Part shown: one piece after another, positions 1 through 8,485 of the stretch
Position numbering within the stretch: position 1 is the stretch's first letter
How the letters are laid out: each line of letters opens with the position of its first letter
Assembly: GCF_016127575.1 (NCBI RefSeq)
Contig: NZ_CP066018.1
Coordinates: forward strand, 3,840,001-3,872,000
Direction of reading: 5' to 3'
Source: Cupriavidus necator
GTDB lineage: Bacteria; Pseudomonadota; Gammaproteobacteria; Burkholderiales; Burkholderiaceae
DNA: 32,000 nucleotides
The notes under the pieces: generated by a model
Told to the model about the DNA's origin: nothing
The model's database searches: none
Seen by the model: only the letters and a program-made list of their open reading frames with translations
Program-made: the position numbers and the translations under genes

Positions 1-627
1 ACCGGCCTGCTGCCCGCTGCGAACATCGATCAGCTCGCCGAACGGATCGCCAGCCACCCACTGGTCGCGCCCGAAATGCTCGGCATCGAAGAACACGGCG
101 CGGCCCATGCCGAGCGCGCCATAGGGATCCGCAGGCACAGTGCCAGGCGGGCGCGTGGCATCGAGCCCGATCCCCGCCAGCAGTTCGCGCACCGCGGCGT
201 CGCTGGCAGCGCCTGCCGGCATTTCTGCACTGCCGCCATAGGTCACCAGCCGCTTGCCGCGCACCGTGAACTCGTTGCGCTTGGCATGACCGCCGAAGTC
301 GTCGTGGTTGTCCAGGATCAGGATGCGCCGGTTGGCGCCGAAACGGCGCCGGTAGAACCACGCCGCCGCCAGGCCGCTCAGGCCGCCGCCGACCACCACC
401 AGGTCGAAAGCCTCGCGCGCCAGCACGACCGGGTATTTCGCGCCCTCGCGCGCCAGGCTGTGCGCCAGCGTGTAGGTGCCGGCATGGTTGCCGCGCAGAC
501 CGGTCAGCGCGGGCGGATACGCCACGCCTGCCCCGCCCTGCTGCGCGTGCAGCAACTGCACCGGCGCAAGGCCGGCGGCAATGGTCAGGGCGGTTCCGTT
601 GAGGAAGTCTCTGCGCGTAATCGTCAT
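1..627 (-). CDS. Tat-exported FAD/NAD(P)-binding oxidoreductase (amine-oxidase / spermidine-dehydrogenase-like); N-terminal 209 codons only, the gene runs off the window
   Basis: Absent from the ORF track because it is open to the window edge. My translation from the ATG (complement of 625-627) reads MTITRRDFLNGTALTIAAGLAP..., with a twin-arginine RRDFL signal. It continues with DLVVVGGGLSGLAAAWFY (dinucleotide-binding fold) and LDNHDDFGGHAKRNEF. The start lies 7 nt after the cytochrome c stop. Confidence 0.7.
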   Translation of the reverse strand, partial: MTITRRDFLNGTALTIAAGLAPVQLLHAQQGGAGVAYPPALTGLRGNHAGTYTLAHSLAREGAKYPVVLAREAFDLVVVGGGLSGLAAAWFYRRRFGANRRILILDNHDDFGGHAKRNEFTVRGKRLVTYGGSAEMPAGAASDAAVRELLAGIGLDATRPPGTVPADPYGALGMGRAVFFDAEHFGRDQWVAGDPFGELIDVRSGQQAG

Positions 628-634
628 CGGGTGC

Positions 635-1969
635 TCATCGGGATGCGTCGCCTGCCGCGGCCGGGTGCTGCGCGGCCAGCTCTTTGCGCCGTGCCGCCAC
701 GGCGGCTTCCGGCACCGGCGCCGCGCGGTTGCCCCAGCTGCCGCGGATAAAGGTCAGCACATTGGCCAGTTCCTGGTCGTCCAGCGTCCAGCCATAGCCG
801 GGCATGTGGTAATCCGCCGGTGCGGTGCCCACGCGCGCGGTCACGGCGCCGTCGAGCAGCAGGTTCACCAGCGAGGCCGGGTCGGGATCGGCCACGGTGG
901 GGTTGCCGGCCAGCGGCGGGAACACGCGGGCAAAGCCCTTGCCGTCGGCGCCGTGGCAAGGCATGCAGAACACCGCGTACTGGCGCGCACCGGGCACATC
1001 GAAGCGGCCCTGCCGCAGTTGCTGCGCGGTGGCGGCATCATGCCGGAACGGCTTGTCCTCGCCGCGCGCGCCGGGCAGGGATTTCAGGTAGGCGGCCACG
1101 GCATCGAGGTCGGGCGCGCTCATGTACTGGGTGGCGGTGGAGATCACCGTGGACATCGGCCCGAACGAGGTCGCGTGCCCGTTGCGCCCGGTGCGCAGGA
1201 ACTCGGCGATATCCGCGCGCGACCACGCGCCCAGGCCGGTGACCTGGTCACCGGTCAGGTTGGTGGCGGACCAGCCCTCCACGCTCGCCCCGGACAGGAA
1301 ATGGCGGCTGCGCTCGTCCAGCCCCTTCTCGGCGAACAGGTTGCCGCGCGGCGTATGGCAGGCGCCACAGTGCGCCACCGCCTGCACCAGGTAGGCACCG
1401 CGGTTCCAGGCTGCGCCGCGCGCGGGGTCGGTGCGGACCGGGTCGTCATCGACGAACAGGACGTTCCACGCGGCCAGCAGGCTGCGCATGCTGAACGGCC
1501 AACGCATCTGCGGCGCGGGGTTGCGCTGCGTGACCGGCGCCACCTCGGCACGCAGGTAGGCGTACAGCGCCGCCACGTCCTCGGCACGCATGCGCGCGTA
1601 CGAGGGATACGGCATCGCCGGATAGAGCCGCTTGCCATCGCGCGCCACGCCGTGCCGCAAGGCGCGGTCGAACTCGGCCAGCGTATAGGCGCCGATGCCG
1701 CTGCCGGCATCGGGCGTGATATTGGTCGAATGAACCGTGCCGACCGCCGTGCGGATCGGCAGCCCGCCGGCAAACGGCTTGCCGCCTTCGCTGGTATGGC
1801 ACGCGGCGCAGTTGGCGATGCGCGCCAGGTAGCGGCCGCGTTCGATCTGTTGCGTGTCGGTGGCGGCCAGCGCCATGCCCACGGGCAGCAGCACCGCCAG
1901 CGTCAGGCAGGCCAGCTTGCGCAGCGCACGGGCTGTGGCGATACCAGGTCCTTGGGGCAGGAAATGCAT
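635..1969 (-). CDS. Tri-haem cytochrome c, similar to the cytochrome subunit of membrane-bound flavoprotein/PQQ dehydrogenases
   Basis: 444-aa ORF with an N-terminal signal-like segment (LACLTLAVLLPVGMALA). It has three CXXCH haem-binding motifs: CAACH, CGACH and CMPCH. Confidence 0.85.
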   Translation of the reverse strand: MHFLPQGPGIATARALRKLACLTLAVLLPVGMALAATDTQQIERGRYLARIANCAACHTSEGGKPFAGGLPIRTAVGTVHSTNITPDAGSGIGAYTLAEFDRALRHGVARDGKRLYPAMPYPSYARMRAEDVAALYAYLRAEVAPVTQRNPAPQMRWPFSMRSLLAAWNVLFVDDDPVRTDPARGAAWNRGAYLVQAVAHCGACHTPRGNLFAEKGLDERSRHFLSGASVEGWSATNLTGDQVTGLGAWSRADIAEFLRTGRNGHATSFGPMSTVISTATQYMSAPDLDAVAAYLKSLPGARGEDKPFRHDAATAQQLRQGRFDVPGARQYAVFCMPCHGADGKGFARVFPPLAGNPTVADPDPASLVNLLLDGAVTARVGTAPADYHMPGYGWTLDDQELANVLTFIRGSWGNRAAPVPEAAVAARRKELAAQHPAAAGDASR

Positions 1970-1984
1970 GGGAGCAGTTTCAGG

Positions 1985-2170
1985 TCAGGCAGCCGATACC
2001 GCCCAGTTTGCCGCAAGCACCAGGCACACCACCAGCCCGGCGGCCACGGCCACGCCAGTCAGGATCAGCGGTACCGGGCGCAAGGTGTCCAGGTCGCGCT
2101 GGTGCTCCTGCCCCTGGCGCAGGCCAAAGAAGCCCCACAGCACGGTCCGCAACAGCCTCAACGGGTTCAT
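1985..2170 (-). CDS. Small membrane protein, DUF2970-like
   Basis: The track ORF is 1985..2185. I prefer the ATG at 2170 (MNPLRLLRTVLWGFFGLRQG...), which is preceded by AAGGAGA with 4-5 nt spacing. One C-terminal hydrophobic helix is present (PLILTGVAVAAGLVVCLVLAANW). The family assignment is from memory of the motif pattern. Confidence 0.5.
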   Translation of the reverse strand: MNPLRLLRTVLWGFFGLRQGQEHQRDLDTLRPVPLILTGVAVAAGLVVCLVLAANWAVSAA

Positions 2171-2321
2171 GGCATCTCCTTGCACAACGCCTTTGTGTAC
2201 CAGTGCCGATTATGGGCCGTCCGTGCCATCCATAACAGCATCAGATAGCAGGAAATTTTACGTATCAGTTTGCCTGTCCGGGAGATAATGCGCTCACCCG
2301 CCCCGCCCCCGCCCGCCCGCC

Positions 2322-3740
2322 ATGAAACGCTACGAAGCCCTTGCCGAGACCCTGGCTGCCGATATCCGCAACGGCAGCCTGCCGCCGGGCACGCGCCTGC
2401 CGTCGATCCGCAAGACCGTGGCCCAGTATGGCGTCAGCCCCTCGACCGCCTTCCAGGCCTATTACCGGCTGGAAGAGCGCGGGCTGGTGCGGGCGCGCGA
2501 GCGCTCCGGCTACTACGTGGCGGGACCGGCGCGGCGCGAGCTGCCCCAGCCGCAGGCGCGGCCGTCGCGCCAGGTGTCGACGCAGGTCGACATCTCCAAG
2601 CTGGTCTTCGCCGTGCTGGAAGGCGCGCGAGACCGCGAGCTGGTGCAGTTCGGCTCGGCCTTTCCCTCGCCCGAGCTGTTCCCGTGGGAGCGGCTGGGCA
2701 AGTCGCTGGCGCGCGCCGGCCGCGCGCTCGACCCGTGGTACTCGGTCAACGACCTGCCGCCGGGCAATACCGCGCTGCGCCGCCAGATCGCGCTGCGCTA
2801 CCTGGGCGCGGGCGCGCCGCAGCCGGCCGAGGACCTGATCGTCACCAACGGCGCGCTCGAGGCGCTCAACCTGTGCCTGATGGCGGTGACGCAGCCGGGC
2901 GACGTGGTGGCAATCGAATCGCCCGGCTTCTATGCCTCGCTGCAGGCACTGGAGCGGCTGCGGCTCAAGGCCGTTGAGATCCCGGTCGACCCCGCCGAAG
3001 GCATCGACCTGGGCGCGCTCGACACCGCACTGTCACGGCACCCGGTCAAGGCGTGCTGGTTCATGACGCAGTTCCAGAATCCGCTCGGCGCCAGCATGTC
3101 GGAAGACAAGAAGAAGGCACTGGTGGCCTTGCTGGCGCGCCACCAGGTGCCGCTGATCGAGGACGATGTCTATGGCGAGCTCTACTTCGGCAACCGCTGC
3201 CCGCTGCCCGCCAAGGCCTTCGATACGCAGGGCCTGGTGATGCACTGCAGTTCGTTCTCGAAGACGCTGGCGCCGGGCTTCCGCATCGGCTGGGTGGCGC
3301 CGGGCCGCTTTGGCGAAGCCATCCAGCGGCTCAAGCTGATGACCACGCTGTCTGCCGGTGTGCCCACGCAGGTGGCGCTGGCCGAATACCTGCAGCACGG
3401 CGGCTACGACAAGCACCTGCGCAAGCTGCGCCATGTGCTGGAGATGCAGCAGGGGCGCATGATCGATGCCATCGGCCAGCACTTCCCGGAAGATGTGCGC
3501 GTGTCCCGGCCGGAGGGCGGGTATTTCCTGTGGGTCGAGTTTGCGCCCGGCTTCGATGCATTGGCATTGCACCATGCCGCACTGGAGGCAGGCATCGGGC
3601 TGGCGCCGGGTCCGATCTTCTCGGCGCGGCAGGGTTACCGCAACTGCATCCGGCTCAACTACGGGCACCTGTGGAGCGATGAGGCCGAGGCTGCGGTAGC
3701 CACCCTCGGCCGGCTCATCGTGCAGCAGCAAGGCAGCTAG
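2322..3740 (+). CDS. MocR/GabR-type regulator (GntR winged-helix HTH fused to a class I aminotransferase-like PLP domain)
   Basis: N-terminal HTH: LPSIRKTVAQYGVSPSTAFQAYYRLEERGLV. The C-terminal fold-type I domain carries the PLP-lysine context SFSKTLAPGFRIGW. Confidence 0.9.
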   Translation: MKRYEALAETLAADIRNGSLPPGTRLPSIRKTVAQYGVSPSTAFQAYYRLEERGLVRARERSGYYVAGPARRELPQPQARPSRQVSTQVDISKLVFAVLEGARDRELVQFGSAFPSPELFPWERLGKSLARAGRALDPWYSVNDLPPGNTALRRQIALRYLGAGAPQPAEDLIVTNGALEALNLCLMAVTQPGDVVAIESPGFYASLQALERLRLKAVEIPVDPAEGIDLGALDTALSRHPVKACWFMTQFQNPLGASMSEDKKKALVALLARHQVPLIEDDVYGELYFGNRCPLPAKAFDTQGLVMHCSSFSKTLAPGFRIGWVAPGRFGEAIQRLKLMTTLSAGVPTQVALAEYLQHGGYDKHLRKLRHVLEMQQGRMIDAIGQHFPEDVRVSRPEGGYFLWVEFAPGFDALALHHAALEAGIGLAPGPIFSARQGYRNCIRLNYGHLWSDEAEAAVATLGRLIVQQQGS

Positions 3741-5326
3741 CGCGCATCGCGATGGCGGCGCAGCGCCCACTCCAGGGTCTCGAACGCTGCCTGTACCACC
3801 AGTGCCAGCACGGCCGCCGGGATTGCGCCGGCCAGCAGCAGCGCTGTGTCGTTGAGCGCCAGCCCGGTGGCAATGCGCTCGCCGAAACCACCGGCGCCGA
3901 CAAAGGCCGCGATTGTGGCCGTGCCGACGCTGATGATGGCCGCGGTCTTGACCCCGGCCAGCAGCACCGGCAAGGCCAGCGGCAGCTCTACATAGCGCAG
4001 CACCTGTCCGCCGCGCAGCCCGAGCGCCCGCCCCGCATCGCGCATGCCCTGCGGCACCTGCTCCAGCCCGGTCGCGGTATTGCGCACGATCGGCAGCAAG
4101 GCATAGAGAAACAGCGCCACCATGGCCGGCCAGACGCCGATGCGGCCCAGCAGCGGGATCAGCATCGCCAGCAATGCCAGCGACGGCACCGTCTGCAGCA
4201 CGTTGACCACGCCCAGCACAGCCTGTCCGGTGCGCCGCCGCCGCGCCGCCAGCATCCCCAGCGGCACGCCGACCAGCGTTGCCGCGCCGACCGCCCCCGC
4301 CACCAGGCCGACATGGCGCAGCGCCAGGCGCGTGGTGTCGGGCCCGAACAGCGCGGCAGCCAGCCGGCTGCGCGGTTCGGCACCGTCATGCGTTGCCCTT
4401 TGCCCCGCAGTGCCGGCCAGGAACGCGCGCGCGATTGCATCGAATGACTGGCCATCGATCTCCGCCGCCGCATTCATGGCGATCATGTCGTCGGCGCTGA
4501 CGCGCCCGGCCAGCCGCTCCAATGCCTGCCAGGCCTGCGGGAAGCGCTGCGGTACGTCAAGGCGGTAGACCACTACTGCGTCGTAGCGCGGGAAGTAGTG
4601 CCGGTCGTCTTCCAGCACGCGCAGCTTGTACTTGCGGATCTTGGCGTCGGTGGAATAGATGTCGATGGCATCGACCTGCCCCGCGGCCAAGGCCTCGTAG
4701 GCGACGCCATGGTCCAGCCCGACCGGGCGTTGCGGCAGTCCATAGCGGCTGGCCAGCCCCGGCCAGCCGTCGGCGCGCCCCAGGAACTCGTGGGACAGGC
4801 CGAGCCTGAACTGCGGCTGCGCGGCGAGGTCGCTCAGCCGGCGCAGCGCACCGGCGCGGGCATCGGACACGGCCAGCGCGTAGGTGTTCTCGAAACCAAG
4901 CGGAATTGCCGCGCCCAGCCCCATCGGCGCCAGTGCCCGCTGGATGGCATCGAGGCCGGCCCCCGGGGGCAGTTTGAGGATTTCGGCGGCGAGCGTGCCG
5001 GTGTAGTCGGGATAGAGGTCGATGCCGCCGGCCTTCAGCGCCTCGAAGACGATCGCGGTATTGCCCAGCCCTGGCTGGTGCTGCGCGGCGCCGGGCGGCC
5101 CCGCGGCCTGGGTCAGCAGTTCGCCAAGGATGTACGACTCGGTGAAGCGCTTGGAGCCGATACGCAGCGGATCTGCCGCGCGCGCCGGCATCGCGCCCGC
5201 GAGTGCGGCAGCCAGCACCCAGGCCACTGCCCGCCACAACGCGCGCCCTGTTCTCCCGATCTCCCGACTGCCGCGGATCCAAGCCAAAACGTCTGTCCCG
5301 ATATGGGGCCGGTGTGCGCCCGGCAT
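3737..5326 (-). CDS. Fused ABC transporter protein: N-terminal OpuAC/ChoX-type quaternary-amine substrate-binding domain plus C-terminal ProW/OpuBB-type permease
   Basis: Binding-domain signature: RIGSKRFTESYILGELL...GNTAIVFEALKAGGIDLYPDYTGT. Permease loop: NTATGLEQVPQGMRDAGRALGLRGGQVLRYVELPLALP, plus several TM helices. The start is uncertain (no SD at 5326). A signal-like segment WRAVAWVLAAALAGAMPARA is present. Confidence 0.8.
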   Translation of the reverse strand: MPGAHRPHIGTDVLAWIRGSREIGRTGRALWRAVAWVLAAALAGAMPARAADPLRIGSKRFTESYILGELLTQAAGPPGAAQHQPGLGNTAIVFEALKAGGIDLYPDYTGTLAAEILKLPPGAGLDAIQRALAPMGLGAAIPLGFENTYALAVSDARAGALRRLSDLAAQPQFRLGLSHEFLGRADGWPGLASRYGLPQRPVGLDHGVAYEALAAGQVDAIDIYSTDAKIRKYKLRVLEDDRHYFPRYDAVVVYRLDVPQRFPQAWQALERLAGRVSADDMIAMNAAAEIDGQSFDAIARAFLAGTAGQRATHDGAEPRSRLAAALFGPDTTRLALRHVGLVAGAVGAATLVGVPLGMLAARRRRTGQAVLGVVNVLQTVPSLALLAMLIPLLGRIGVWPAMVALFLYALLPIVRNTATGLEQVPQGMRDAGRALGLRGGQVLRYVELPLALPVLLAGVKTAAIISVGTATIAAFVGAGGFGERIATGLALNDTALLLAGAIPAAVLALVVQAAFETLEWALRRHRDAR

Positions 5327-5362
5327 CGCTACATCATAGCTGCCGCATGTCCTTATCCCGAA

Positions 5363-5376
5363 ATAGTATTTGCTAT
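5363..5376. promoter_or_regulatory. Candidate LysR-type dyad ATAG-N6-CTAT, overlapping the tandem TATTTGC TATTTGC
   Basis: Seen in the AT-rich divergent intergenic region between the ABC gene and the LysR gene (atagtatttgctat). The spacing is one nucleotide short of the classic T-N11-A. Confidence 0.2.
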
Positions 5377-5438
5377 TTGCATGATGAAGGCATCAGAATC
5401 CGGATTACACATACATTAATCCCGAGACCCAGCCCGCC

Positions 5439-6449
5439 ATGGAAATCCGGCAACTGGAAGCCTTCGCCGCAGTCGTCACCACCGGCAGCGTCACCGCCGC
5501 CGGGCGCCTGCTCGGCCGCTCGCAGCCGGCCATCACGCGGCTGATCCAGGAGCTGGAGGCCGAGCTGGGCTTTGCCCTGTTCACCCGCAGCGGCCCGCGC
5601 GTCAGCCCGACCGAGCAAGGCTTCCTGCTCTATGACGAAGTCGAGCAGACGCTGGCCGGCATGCAGCAGATCCGCACCCGCGCCGCGGCGCTGGCGCGCG
5701 GCGATGGCCGGCCCCTGCGCATTGCCGCGACCCCGGCGCTGGCGGCCGGCCTGCTGCCGCCGGCGCTGGCGCTGGCCTTTGAGCGCGGGCTGTGCGCGCC
5801 GGAACGCGTCGCGGTGCAGAGTGTGTCGCCCGAACAGGTGGTGCACGCGGTGCTGACCGGCGCCGCCGACATCGGTCTGAACAGCCTGCCGCTGGAACAC
5901 CGCGGCGTGACCGTGCACTGGATCGGCCAGTCCGCGTGCGTCGCAGCCGTGCGTGCCGACGACGCACTGGCCGCACAGCCTGCGATCGCGCTGCAGGACT
6001 GCCGCGGGCGCCGCATCGTGACCATGCAGAACCCGTACCGGCTGCGCCGCCGCGTCGACCGGGCCCTGGCTGGCGCCGGCGTGCCCGAAGCGGGCGTGAT
6101 CGACACCAACACCTCGATCAGCGCGCTGACCCTGGTGCGCGCCGGGCTGGGCATCGCCGTGCTGGAGCCGGTGACCGCCCGCGGCCTGCCGCTGGCCGAT
6201 ATCGCCGTGCGGCCCATCGATGCCGATATCCCTTTCTACTTCGGCGTGATCACGCCACAGGCCCGCCCGGCCAGCACGGCGGTGCTGGGGCTGGTGCAGG
6301 CCGTGGCCGACGCCGCCGCCGCGCTGTTGCCCGACCTGGTGCGGCGCGATCCCGCCGAACACGGCGCGCTGCTGCAATCGCTCTATGGCGATGCCAGCGA
6401 CGACGCTGACACGCTCACGCAAGATGCCGGACTTCCAAGCCATGACTGA
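5439..6449 (+). CDS. LysR-family transcriptional regulator
   Basis: N-terminal HTH: MEIRQLEAFAAVVTTGSVTAAGRLLGRSQPAITRLIQELEAELGFALFTR. It has the typical length and a C-terminal substrate-binding fold. Confidence 0.9.
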   Translation: MEIRQLEAFAAVVTTGSVTAAGRLLGRSQPAITRLIQELEAELGFALFTRSGPRVSPTEQGFLLYDEVEQTLAGMQQIRTRAAALARGDGRPLRIAATPALAAGLLPPALALAFERGLCAPERVAVQSVSPEQVVHAVLTGAADIGLNSLPLEHRGVTVHWIGQSACVAAVRADDALAAQPAIALQDCRGRRIVTMQNPYRLRRRVDRALAGAGVPEAGVIDTNTSISALTLVRAGLGIAVLEPVTARGLPLADIAVRPIDADIPFYFGVITPQARPASTAVLGLVQAVADAAAALLPDLVRRDPAEHGALLQSLYGDASDDADTLTQDAGLPSHD

Positions 6450-7917
6450 CCTATCCGCCCCCGCCCTTACCCCCGCCGCCGGCCTGGCCGCGCTTGAAGC
6501 GCGCCTGCGCCAGGACCTGTCCTGGCTGGACCTGCCCGCCAAGGCCTGGACCATGCCGCGCAGCCACGATGGCCAGGACGTGCTCGACGTCGCCGTCATC
6601 GGCGGCGGCATGGCGGGACTCGCAGCCTGCGCCACGCTGACGCACCTGGGCATCCGCGTGCGCGCCTTTGACCGCGCCCCGGCGGGCTTCGAAGGCCCGT
6701 GGGCCACCACCGCGCGCATGGAGACGCTGCGCTCGCCCAAGCAGCTGACCGGCCCCGCGCTGGGCCTGCCGGCCCTGACCTTCCGCGCCTGGTTCGAGGC
6801 GCAGTTCGGCGAGGCCGCCTGGCAAACGCTGGACAAGATCCCGCGCCTGCAATGGATGGACTACCTGCGCTGGTACCGCCAGGTGCTGGCGCTGGATATC
6901 CGCAACCAGCACCAGGTCGATGCCATCGTGCCGCGCGCGGACGGCCTGGTGGCGCTGTCGATGCAGACCCCGGACGGCCCGCACACCGTGCTGGCGCGCC
7001 GCGTGGTGCTGGCCACCGGCCGTGACGGCCTGGGCGGTGCCTACGTGCCGCCGGTCGCGGACACGCTGCCGCGCCACCTGTGGGCGCACTCGTCGGACGA
7101 GATGGACTACGCCAAGCTGCGCGGCAAGCGCGTGGGCGTGGTCGGCGCAGGCGCCTCGGGCATGGACAGCGCCGCGACCGCGCTGGAGGCGGGCGCCGCC
7201 AGCGTCGAAATGCTGATCCGCCGCCCGGACATTCCGCGCGTCAACAAGAGCAAGGGCGCCGGCAACCCTGGCCTGACCTTCGGCCACTACGGGCTGCCCG
7301 ATGCCTGGAAATGGCGGCTGCGCCATTACATCAACACCCAGCAGGTGCCGCCGCCGCGCGGCAGCACGCTGCGCGTGTCGCGCCATGCCAATGCCTACTT
7401 CAACCTGGGCGCAGCGCTGGAAGCGATCGAGGCGCAAGGCGATGTCCTGCACGTGCAGACACCGCAGGGCACGTTCGAGCTGGACTTCCTGATCTTCTCG
7501 ACGGGCTTCCGCATCGCGCTGGAAACACGGCCGGAGTTCGCCGCCTTCGCCCCGCATATCCGCTTCTGGCGCGACCGCCATGCGCCGCCCGCGGGCCAGG
7601 AAGAGCGCGAGCTGTCCGACTCTCCCGATCTCGGCGCAGCCTTCGAATTCCAGGAGAAAACGCCCGGCGCCTGCCCCGGCGTCACGCGCATCCACTGCTT
7701 CTGCTATCCGGCGGCGCTGTCGCACGGCACCGTGTCCGGCGACATCCCGGCGATCAGCGACGGCGCACGCCGGCTCGGCCAGGGCATTGCCGCGCTGCTG
7801 TACCGGGAAGACGTTGAGCTGCACTACGCCGCGCTGCAGGCCTATGCCGAACCCGAAGTCTTCGGCGACGAATGGGTGCCGGCCCCGCCGCCGGCGCTGC
7901 GCGCAGCCAAGGCCTGA
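6442..7917 (+). CDS. Two-dinucleotide-fold flavoprotein, class B (N-hydroxylating/FMO-like) monooxygenase-like
   Basis: VAVIGGGMAGLAA (FAD) and VGVVGAGASGMDSA (NAD(P)H) Rossmann motifs, plus FLIFSTGF, which resembles the (L/F)ATGY motif. The track start is 6385. I prefer the ATG at 6442 (MTDLSAPAL), which overlaps the LysR stop as ATGACTGA. Confidence 0.7.
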   Translation: MTDLSAPALTPAAGLAALEARLRQDLSWLDLPAKAWTMPRSHDGQDVLDVAVIGGGMAGLAACATLTHLGIRVRAFDRAPAGFEGPWATTARMETLRSPKQLTGPALGLPALTFRAWFEAQFGEAAWQTLDKIPRLQWMDYLRWYRQVLALDIRNQHQVDAIVPRADGLVALSMQTPDGPHTVLARRVVLATGRDGLGGAYVPPVADTLPRHLWAHSSDEMDYAKLRGKRVGVVGAGASGMDSAATALEAGAASVEMLIRRPDIPRVNKSKGAGNPGLTFGHYGLPDAWKWRLRHYINTQQVPPPRGSTLRVSRHANAYFNLGAALEAIEAQGDVLHVQTPQGTFELDFLIFSTGFRIALETRPEFAAFAPHIRFWRDRHAPPAGQEERELSDSPDLGAAFEFQEKTPGACPGVTRIHCFCYPAALSHGTVSGDIPAISDGARRLGQGIAALLYREDVELHYAALQAYAEPEVFGDEWVPAPPPALRAAKA

Positions 7918-7948
7918 ATCCCACCCCGACCTGAACCTGGAGAGTCCG

Positions 7949-8485
7949 ATGACCCAGCCCCCGACTTCCACGGTCGACCTGATCGACCAGCTCACCGGCC
8001 TCGCGCCGGGTAGCGCGACATACGCGCTGCGCCACCAGCGCAACAAGGTCGTGGCCGCCACGCAAGGCAGCTACGACGCCCTGTTCGACCCCGCCCTGCC
8101 TGGCCTGTCGCTGGCAGAGCGCCTGCTGGTTGCGCTGTACGCGGCACGCCTGACGCCGTCGACGGCGCTGGCGGCACACTATCGCGCGCGCCTTGAGCAG
8201 GCCGGCGCAGATGTCAGCCAGGTCCGCGCCGCGGCCGAAGGCCAGCCGGAGGATATTGCCGACACGCGCCTGCACGCCATGCTGGAGTTCACCCGCAAGC
8301 TGATCGAAAAGCCCGTTGAGGGCGACAAGGCCGCGCTGCAGGCCCTGCCCGCCGCCGGCCTGAGCACCCCGGCAGTGGTCACGCTGGCGCAACTGATCGC
8401 CTTCCTGTCGTACCAGGTCCGGCTGGTGGCCGGCTTGGATGCGCTGAAAGCACTGAACGACAACGCCGCAGGAGCCCAGGCATGA
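7949..8485 (+). CDS. CMD (carboxymuconolactone decarboxylase-like/AhpD-fold) domain protein
   Basis: The true start MTQPPTSTVDLIDQLTGL is preceded by GGAGAG. The upstream part of track ORF 7580..8485 lies out of frame inside the previous gene. The protein resembles the family I recall as the 'Avi_7170-type' CMD protein, which is paired with the next gene. Confidence 0.7.
   Translation: MTQPPTSTVDLIDQLTGLAPGSATYALRHQRNKVVAATQGSYDALFDPALPGLSLAERLLVALYAARLTPSTALAAHYRARLEQAGADVSQVRAAAEGQPEDIADTRLHAMLEFTRKLIEKPVEGDKAALQALPAAGLSTPAVVTLAQLIAFLSYQVRLVAGLDALKALNDNAAGAQA

Noticed and set aside
476-2248. 590-aa plus-strand ORF across the cytochrome c locus
   Set aside because: It is antisense to the tri-haem cytochrome c, whose three CXXCH motifs validate the minus frame. 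The plus-strand ORF is low-complexity and Arg/Gly-rich with no motifs.
5373-8061. Long minus-strand ORFs 5373..6836 (487 aa) and 6451..8061 (536 aa)
   Set aside because: They are shadow ORFs opposite the LysR and flavoprotein genes. The plus-strand frames carry clear HTH and Rossmann motifs, and the minus frames carry none.
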